Part shown: one piece after another, positions 54,348-64,000 of the stretch
Position numbering within the stretch: the first letter of the stretch is position 1
How the letters are laid out: every line of letters begins with the position of its first letter
Assembly: GCF_000150275.1 (NCBI RefSeq)
Contig: NW_002060946.1
Location: forward strand, 34,678-98,677
Length of the DNA stretch: 64,000 bases
Source: Trichoplax adhaerens
Taxonomy: Eukaryota; Animalia; Placozoa
Direction of reading: 5' to 3'
Made by a program: the position numbers and the translations under genes
Notes under the pieces: generated by a model
The model's database searches: none
What the model saw: the letters and a program-made list of their open reading frames with translations, nothing else
What the model was told of the DNA's origin: nothing

Positions 54348-54475
54348 TTTTTATAGGCGAGTCTGGTATGAGCACAGTATGACTAGGGTACAGTACAGTA
54401 CAGTACAGTACTACAGTGCACAGGGTACAGTACAATACTGTACCAGTTTGATAGATCTACTGTACACTGTGCAGT
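54348..54475 (-). promoter_or_regulatory. Putative U6-type Pol III promoter
   Basis: Minus strand reads gcactgtagtactgtactg...tgctcatacc...TATAAAAA. The RMRP promoter region has gcaccgtagtaccatactg, TATAAAAA and tgctcatacc. Confidence 0.55.
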
Positions 54476-55390
54476 AGAGACCCTTTACTCTACACTACGC
54501 CAACACCGACTGCGCATTCCTTCAATGGCATTAGATCGTGCAATTTACTTTTGCTTTGGTCGTGTGGATTATGATACTTGGGCAGATTATTTCAATGCAC
54601 TCAGCTAGTACGAGTATTGGTATTTGTACAAGCGTAACGATTTTATTATAGTTGTTAGCTTTTATTATAATATTTCGTGGTGCAATACATCAACAAAGAC
54701 CATATCCATGGTTGTTGAACAAATTACATGGCAATTCAGTAAATTACTGAGTAATATGTACTGATTGCCATATTGAATTGGATCGAAAGCGTATTGGTTA
54801 ATTAAATAAAATTCATCCAATAGTGAGTTTATGCGAAAATGTAAATGAAGTAGCGGATAGGATAGGGTGTTAAATGCAACACAAACTTGATTGTGTATCA
54901 TTCACCAGTCTTAAATAGCATTGGGTACATTACATATACATTGATGAAAAGCATGATTTACATGCAGTAAGTGTTATGACAGTGATAAATAATGTACAGT
55001 TATCTCGTTATCAGTTCGTCTCTCGGAATATTATATATATAATAATTGATTGATCATAATATCTAAGTTTGTAACTATACAAGGTACATTGCAGTTTAAA
55101 TGATAAATATTAAGTTACGTATATAGATAAAAGATTACATAAAATGAGCAGTAATGTAATAAATTAAATTATAATTGAAATTCGCAGGTAAAGACTTTAA
55201 AATAGCAAGCGCGTGGAATATACAGGAGTTATAATAATATCGAAAAGAGGGATTAATTTTGACCAAATAAAGCAACATAAATTGCTTTCATTCGGTTATA
55301 AGTTATCTTAAAAAAGGCATTTCAAATATTCCATTTTAGAAGATACTTAGCGGTTTAGAAATCATCAGTTGACAAGCTATGTAACTGCGG

Positions 55391-58300
55391 TCAATCTTTC
55401 AAATGAATATTTCGCATGCGTTTAATAAAACTCATTGTTGAAGGTAATTCCGAATAGCAATCAGGATCTGGTGAAGATAAAGGCAAATTATCATCAGTAC
55501 CAAACTTGCTTGCTGAACTAGGCCCGGCTGTTATAGATGTGTTGCTGATGCCAAAACGCGCATCACCCTCCATTTCCGAACTCTGGACCCAAACATTTCG
55601 TGTGCGCTTAAGGGGATTAGAAGATTTCGAATTTTTCCCTCCTTTTGCATCACGATTAGTTGAAGTTTGTGATGCCAAATGTGGAACTGGTTTAGCTAAA
55701 AAATCCTTAGTGACCAGCCCATGAATTAGTGGAGGACTATTAACTCCAGATGGACGCTTAAGTTTGGAAATACTGCTACGACCGGTATTTTTATCGTCAT
55801 CAGCTGCCTTGTTAACAAACAAATCCGCTTGGCTGTGTGCACGATTAACCCTAACATCTTTATCTCTTGTCTTTGCCCCATGCACATCTACAATACTAGT
55901 TGAAGACGATCGTCTTTCTAGACTCTTATCTCCATTACTAATGTTAGATAATGAATTAGCTTTACCTTTAATAATATTACCGGTTGATACTGGTATTGCA
56001 GTAATTTTCGCGGAGATACTTGGCGCCACTAGCTGAAGGGCCTCTTCAAAATGATTGCCTTCTTCGTCATTACGGCTGCTTTTAGTGCCATTCTGATTAG
56101 CTTCAAGATCTTTTGATTCCGTCGTCAATAAATGGCCAAAATTTATTGAATTCTCACTTTCTAACACAGCATTGAAGGCTAACATGTCCCTCTTAAGATC
56201 ACTAAATATATCTTTATCAATCTTAGGGGTACTTATTAAACCAGTATTGTATAAGTCTGATAATTCTACTGCTTTTTCTACAGATTTAATGAACTTGCTG
56301 ATATCAGTTTTCGTCAAATTTGAAAATTCTTCATTAATTAGCCTCCTAACACAGCTCGTAAATTGCACTTTACATCGTTTAGCCACATCAATTCGCTCTC
56401 TTAAAATTCCAGCACGCATCTTCGCAGCTGTGCGCTCTCTACTCTGCGTCATAAATCGCATAATATCTTGTCGTATTTTTAGCATAGTCGAAATATAACG
56501 TTCTCCTAGCATTTCCAGCTTTTCAATATATTTCTTATCATAAGAGGCGGTCAACTCCGAAAATGATTCCGTCTGTTAAAGAATAAAATAATAACAATAA
56601 ATACTGGATATTAGAGTCCTTAAATGGGGTGAAAATACAACCCGAACCCGATCAAATGGTTGATTTTCTAACTCAAAATGAGTGCAACCGCTACACAAAC
56701 ATTGTATCACTACAGAAATTCTTAACCCGAATCCCGCCCTCGAGCCAGGTTTCGGGTTGACTTTTAAGGACACTGCTGGATATATTCGCATATGCAAGGT
56801 TAATTTAATTTTACCTGACAAGCTGCAACGTTTACAATAGGCTTTTTAGCATCCTTTGCCAATTTTTCAATCTCTGCTGCATACTTTTCAATCATATCTT
56901 TTATTTTATCCTCATAATGTTGCTTAGTAGCTTTATAATTCTTAGCCGCTAGCTCAATATCAGCTTTGTATTTGGTTTCAAATCTAATATGCGCCGCTGC
57001 CAACGCTTTTTCATGATAATCCTTTATAGATTCCGCAGAAGCTAACTGTTGCTGGAGATTTTCACGTTCATATTCCCACATTTGCTGACGTTTTGATAGA
57101 GCAGAATGATACTTATCTTTAATTGTTCGGTTTTGCGCTTCCCATTCCTTACGCTCTAAAGCAAGTTTATTCAAAAAATCCCGTTCACAATCGATTTTTA
57201 AGTTGTGTAGGTCGCGCTCACTCTTAATTGTTTGATTTGCTATCAACTGTTGCATATCACTTGTATGCTTTTTGGTTATCTCAGCTTTCTCTAATGCAAA
57301 CTTTTTATTTAGTGATGACACCGCATTATCAACCAAAGCTTTATTATCATTATTTAATTTTTCATATTTCTGAAGCCACAGCTCATTCAACTCTGCAAAG
57401 GCTTTTTCCTTTGATATCGAAAATTGCTTCAGGTCTTCCTCTTTTAAATGTTGATATTTTAATTCATTCTGCTCCATGGTAGCTTTAACTTTCTGCTGAA
57501 ATTCAACGCTCATTCTTTTCTGAACAGAAGTTTCAGTCTCGCTAATGGCTTCTCTAATAGCTTCATGAAGTTTTCTTGTCATGTCATGTTCCCAAGAACT
57601 ACTTATTGCAGCTAAAAGTGTCGTGACAGTTTCCTATTTAATTAAATATAGCCAGTAGATATTAAGCGTCTTCGTACGGCCACAAATAGGATTACTTAAC
57701 TAATTAAAGAGGGTATAAAGATCTATCTCCAGGAGTCAAGAAATCTAAAATATTGTACTTATTTCTACTACTATACTAGCTTAAAATTAAAGGCATAAAA
57801 TCATATAAATACCTGAATTTGTTGGCGAATAGGAGCGTAATGTGGTAAATCTATAGGACTAGAGGGAATTCGATTTACAACATTCGCGGCATAGCCATTA
57901 GAAGACGCCCAGTTGGCAAACGATCTGTTTATTTCTACATTGACGATACTTTGCAGTTCACGTGCAAACTCAGTTTTCCATTCAGATTTCGCTTTCGTCA
58001 ATGCATCACTTACCTGCAAGTTTAAAAAGAATTTAGAGTATAATTTCGAAAAATATTTACCTCTATACACGTACATGTAGTCGCTTTTAACTTAATCTTA
58101 TAAGCAGCTATAACTTAATAAAATTAGCTACCTATGTGGTGATCTTGGCCAACTGTACACTGCAGTATACAATTTAAAAATGAATATATACTACAGATTA
58201 TTTATAATTTTTTCAATAACCTCTTTAACTTTTTGCTTTTCTACTTCTACAGACCATCGTTGTTCGATATCACTTAAACGATGAGTTAAATTTTGATTCC

Positions 58301-61300
58301 ATTCACTTCGTGCGGTATCTACCGCATTTTCTACAGCAGTGACGACAGAGACTTTATGTTCGCGCATCCAAACATCTCGAGCCGATTTGATGCCAGCTTC
58401 GACGGCCTCCTGCTTTTCCCGAAGCCACTTGATTTCAGCATTTGTAATAGCAATTTCGATAGCTTTCTGTCGTTCTGCAGCAGCCATTTCATCCCATTTT
58501 GATTTTAATTGTGCTGCTTGCTCCTCCCATAACCTAGATTGATTAGATAGCATTTCATCGTTCCATTTCTTCTTTTCTTCCCTTACGGCAGATTCTATTC
58601 TATCTAGTGTATTTTTCTCATACACTTCAGCCCATTCTGCTTTTGCATTCTCCAATGCATTTTCTACGGCACTATTCAGTTTCATAGCATATCTTTCTTC
58701 TAAATTACTCTTTAAGTTCTCAATTTCCGTACTGCGAAGATCATCTAGCATAGCATTAAATTCAGCTTTTGATTTTTCACGAGAGTTTAAAGCCGTCTCA
58801 CTAATAGCTATTTCTATTTCTTTGCGATGTTCTGCCTTTAAGCTAGAAGTAACCTCTTCTAGAACTACTTCGAGCTCCAACTTATGTCTGGACTCCATTT
58901 CTTCTTTCATCTCTTTACGAGCCTTGCATATAGCATCTTCTATTGACTTCTGATACCCTATCTTTAATTCATTTTCTGTTTCATGAGCAGATTCTTGGAT
59001 AGCAGAAGCCACTCTTTGCTGAAAATTACCTTCGTATTCTTTCTTAACTTTGCTGACAGCTTCTTCAACTGCAATATCAACTTCTTTCTCATAGCGTAAC
59101 TGTATTTCAGCTTTAGCAGTAGCAAGCCTAGACTGATAGTGTACTTCATGGACAGCAGTTAATTCAGCTTCCCACTGCCTTTTTGCAGTAGAGACGCTAC
59201 TTTCAACAGCTTTTCTAAATTTCTCTTCTCGGTCTTCAATCCAATTCGTTTTCGCTATAGCTAATTCGATTGCCATTCTCCTCTGTAACTCCTCTTCAGT
59301 ATTTTCCCTTTTAGGTAACTGACCTATTATCGATGTTTCATTTGCTAAAATAGAAACGTCGATACAATCCTTACGTATATTTTTGGTACCACTTTCTTCG
59401 AGAGCCTTAGATATGGCTTCATCCGCTACTTTTTGATATTCCTCTTTCATACGAGACTCGGTCAAAGATTGTTCATCAGCAAGGCGTACATAAGCTTCTT
59501 TAGCTTTATGCAATTCATTCCTGAGAACATCGATCTCTTCCACTAAAATACTTATTTCATCCCGGTGTTGCTGAACAAGCTTTTCTTTAGCATCTTCAAA
59601 AGCAGACGTCATTCCAGTCTTTAACTGATCAATTGCAGTTTCATGTAGATGCTTACACATTAAACGGCATCTTTCTACACTTTCTTGCTTATCTTTTTCA
59701 GCCTCACGTTTAGTCAGCTCTAAAGATTCTTTCAGTTCAGAATTACATCTATTTAATTCACTAACGTCATTCAATTTGCTAGCTAAATCATGCTTTACTT
59801 CTTGCCATTTACAACATATATCGTCATAATCTTCCCTTAATTGCTTATTTTGTTGTCGTAAAATTCTTTCCGAATTACTTTCTCCAACTTGCGAATCTCT
59901 TGCACACTTTAAGTCAATTTCTAGCTGCTGCATACGATTTTCGAGAGAAGCACACACTAACTCTGTCCTGCTACATTTTTCTTTTTCATTCTTTAAATCT
60001 TGATAAGCTTCCTTTAATTCTGATCTTAACTGATAAATCTCAGATCGCTTTGCGGCATTACTAGCAAGACATCGGTCAAGTTCTACACGCAAACCATTAA
60101 CTATATCGTCTGCTTCAACATTTGAATCTTCATCCTTGGTAGACCATTGAAAGCTAGCATCAGAATTTTGAGGCAATGATTCATTTAATGACCCTGGAGA
60201 AATACCCGATGTCTGAACGCCCAATCTTAGTGCCGCTTCATACATTTTACACTGATCTTTTAATTCGGTAACTTCTTTTTTCAAATCTTCACATAAACCT
60301 TCGCCAAGAGATTTTGCAGTTTCCGATCTATGTAACTGATCACGAAGTTCGAGGACGTCCTTTACTGAACCCTCTTCTAGTACTTTAGTATAGCGATTTT
60401 GAAACTCATGCAAATTCTGTGTTAACTTCTTGATAGCTTCAGTATGGTCTAACTCAGCTTCTCTAGCACGTTTTTTAACATTTATTAATTCACTTTCTAA
60501 CCTTTCCTTTTCCGAATACAATTCAGAAAGTTGAGAAGCAGTCTTATCATGCATTTCTTTTAATTCATACACTTCTTCTTGATGGCGCTCTTTCAAAGAT
60601 GCAACTATCTTGTCGTGTTGTTCCCTGGATCGGAGAATTGTTTCTGAGCGCGAATATTCAGATATTTGTTGATTTAATGCCTCAATAGAGCACTCTGCTA
60701 TATGCAATTTACTTATGGCTTCATCTCTTTCAGATCGGAGAGATTTCTTCTCATCGTCTGTTAATGTTAGTTTTTTACGTAATTCATCACATTCAATAGT
60801 CCTTTCGGATATCATGTTCTGAAATTGTTGAATATTGGAATGTAAAGCCTGACATTCATCTTGCGATAGAAGAACTTTGTGTTGCAATATACGTATTTGC
60901 CTATCACTATCTTCCTTGAATGTTAATAGCTGCTGACTAAGTTCATCTACTTTGCGACCCCGAGCTTCATATAAAATTCGCAGTTGAGCGACAGAAGCAT
61001 CACTAGAATTTGGAGATACATCATGTCCAGTAGTGGAATTGCTACTAGTCTTGGAAATTTCCTGATATTGATCAATTTTTACTGCTCGTGCTGTACTAGT
61101 GTAATGCTCATGTTGAGTCTGTGAACGATTAAGGTAATCATCATTTTCTTCCAATTTTATATTGTCATCCTTTTTAGTTGAAGGTGGATCACCAGAGGAT
61201 TGTCTTTTAACGTTAGAGTCGCCAAAGAGGGGAATATTTATGCCAGCGGCGGTTGGAATCATAAAGTTTACATTACTTAGTATAAGAGGATCAGTCGATT

Positions 61301-62456
61301 CAGAGGGCACAACATTGTCTGATATAGGTTCAGGAAATGTTGATGCATCAGTATCTATCACAAACTCATTAACAGAGCTATTGTGACTGTTGCCCTTGTC
61401 TTTCTCTGAATGATATTCCTCCTCTTGCTCTTCAGGCTCTAGTTCTTTCACATGTGGTGATACATCTGTGCTAATATTTTCTCTCTGTTCTAAGATCGTT
61501 TGATCATGATCAAATCCAGTAATTAAGTTTTGAGTTAGTTCGGAAATATTAGAATTATTGTTATCAACGTCACCTAATTCGGTTGTAGTCATGAAAAATA
61601 ACCATTAATCAATTAAAAAAGCGAAGGAAGATAGCACAATTAAATTTAGGTTATTAATGAGTAGAGGTCTTATTTTTAAATCTTAGCGCCATTTTACATA
61701 CCTGATATGTGATATATATTTGAAGGAAAGTTCGGAGCACGAGGCGGAGTAACAAAACTAATCCCTTTCGAAGTATCAAATTGTTCCGATTTACCAACAA
61801 AAGGGGTTGATGCTTGCCAAGTATTGCCAGCACTCTTTATATTGTCTAGTTGATCATTAGATAGTGATAGTTCTGAGGGTACACTATCATCATTATTTTC
61901 AACTTGGATTTCTCTATTTTCATTTCCATCTTGACTAAGTAAGGAATCATTGACACCATGCGATTCATTAGCCTCCACATCGTATATACTAGGCATAGGA
62001 ACATTCCCTGGTAGTTTCTCTAAAACTGCCTGGCGCAACTACAACAGACAATATAAATGTTCAATTTAGGTATAGATAATTGCTTGATTAGTGCATTCAT
62101 TACTATTTACCTCTTCTTGGCGGCGTTCTTCGTCTCGTCGAAATTCTTCTTGCTCAGGAGTTGGTTCTTGCGGTGGCTTCAATAACGGAATCGCGTAAAG
62201 TAGACATTAATAACTCTATCTAATTGTTATCTGTCGATCGTGATAGTATTATACTGTATGTAACCTACTACCATTTCACCAATGTCAAACTGAAGTTGTA
62301 TTAGCAAATCTCAATTAATTAATCATCATTATTCATCCAATGTTGCTAGTCATAAACCTCCGTAGTATGAATAACGATATAATTATGTCAAATGTTTATC
62401 CTTACTTGAAAACTAAGATCCAATAGTTGTTCACCAGTAGTTTCGTCAGTACTCAT
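55391..62456 (-). CDS. CEP152: Centrosomal protein CEP152/Asterless, 7 coding exons
   Basis: Acidic N-terminal EEFRRDEERRQEE-LRQAVLEKLP (PLK4-binding-like), QLRILYEARGRKVDEL, long coiled coil and C-terminal ERYISTMLKIRQDIMRFMTQSRERTAAKMRAGILRER. Exons join in phase (62456-62406, ~62177-62112, 62038-61701, ~61573-58230, 58013-57813, 57633-56815, 56572-55391); the exon 4 donor is uncertain. Confidence 0.88.
56612..56775. mobile_element. 164-bp hAT-type MITE in the last CEP152 intron
   Basis: 8-bp TSD ctggatat at 56604-56611 and 56776-56783. TIRs TAGAGTCCTTAAA / TTTAAGGACACTG match at 11 of 13. Subterminal AACCCGA repeats occur in both orientations. Confidence 0.85.
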
Positions 62457-64000
62457 CTTGATATTTTAATGTTGCTATATTCAGAGAAGTTAACAACGAT
62501 AATACAACGTCATCAACGATTATCATCGCCATTATTAGAAAGCCATTACAACCAAATTTACTAATAGGTTTAAAATTTGTTGCTTACACTACCAATCAAC
62601 TACTACTACTATTGTCTATATTTTAGTCGATTACACAATATCTGTTTGCAAAGCATTTCAACTAACACCAATAGAAAAAAGTACTGTATAGCTTCACATT
62701 GTAATGATTTTATTGCTTCGATATTCATATTTTTACTCTGCAATTTAGTCTTGTAGCACAATATATTCAATTTCAAATAGATCTATTGTTCAAGTACATC
62801 TACTATAAAAGATCTTCACTGTAATCATAATCAATTTACGTACAGTAGCATCCCAAGGCAACAGCTGATTGTACGTATTATTTCCAGTGACAATAATTAC
62901 AAGAAGAGACAAAAGGTGGTCCAAACTAATAGCTGGTTTATATTAGTATTATGTAAAAATGGAATAGAACATGACTTTGCCACTTGATTCAATTTCGATT
63001 TTCATTACATACAATTATGAATATTATTTTTAATTATTACTTTGACTATATTTTACAAATTTAGAGAGGGACCAGTCGCGGGATATTTTATAAGATGGTA
63101 GAGAGGAATTATACTCTAGACAACTCACGAAAGATTTTAATCCGTATTATTAAAGCGCTATTTTTTTTAACCCTTACGCTTTAAGTTGGCACATAACAGG
63201 CGAGTAATAAATAAATAATAACCATAGTTACAGTAATTCTTCGAATAAATAGATAAGGGATAGAAGGATATCAAACAATAAAATTACTTCTGCAATGATA
63301 AAATTATGATGTATACCGCTGTATAGGTATACTTATATCATCATTATATGTGCATCATCGTTATTTCAGTCATTTGCAAACTTACAGCATTCGAATGTAT
63401 GTTTAAACTCGTAGGAAGTAAAAAGATGAAAGCATTTGGCAATAATCACTTCTTCAATGGCAATGATGTATTACACTGTCTATATATCTATATCGTAATG
63501 ATATGTGCATTCCTTGCTATGATTCAGATGAAGCTAATTCATTTATTGCGCAAATGATTCATCCAGTAGTCTTTACTACTGTCACTCTTCTGTGGGGATG
63601 AATATTACGGTACAATCGTATCATGTACTGTTGCATGAAGAAGAGGATCAAGCTCAATTTATCTACGATTCTAGAAAATTGGACAAACAGGATGTTATCA
63701 TCATGTTGTCTTATTAGTATCAGCTTGAACTATATTGCAATCTAAAATAGTATAAGTACCAACATTCTACCTTTATGACACAACGATTGATCATTTTCAA
63801 TTTTTATAATAACTATTCACGAAAGAGGAATTAATTGAATAAATCTAAACAAATAAAAGAGCACAGGTAACTTTCTAGTACAACATTGTCCTTTCAAATG
63901 TATAGAATTTTCTATTCTTATCACGTCATACTCTAAGTTTCAATCATAAGATGCCATCCAATTCCAATGTCAATAAATCAGTGCAATTCTTGCAAAATTG

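Overview
AT-rich, compact animal genomic DNA with short GT-AG introns. The overall style suggests a placozoan (Trichoplax-like) genome, which is an inference only. Genes assembled by hand: two intronless rhodopsin-class GPCRs (6631-8031 +, 29182-30204 -), an RNase MRP RNA gene (10464-10750 +), CHTOP (+), LMAN1/ERGIC-53 (-) divergent from LYRM7 (+), HMG20 (-), a two-exon predicted acylated coiled-coil protein with a 5-kb intron (+), the meiotic BRCA2 partner HSF2BP/MEILB2 (-) and CEP152 (-). Main observations: (1) an unassigned ~190-nt structured RNA gene at 54326->54133 with the same U6-type Pol III architecture as the RNase MRP gene and resemblance to 7SK 5' motifs; (2) TACAGTA/TACTGTA arrays concentrated at promoters, identical to Tc1/mariner excision footprints; (3) a hAT MITE with an 8-bp TSD in a CEP152 intron; (4) a Helitron-type 3' end; (5) a candidate small neuropeptide precursor; (6) a multi-exon, apparently non-coding leader upstream of CHTOP. 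All alignments, splice assignments and folds were done by eye; no searches were run.
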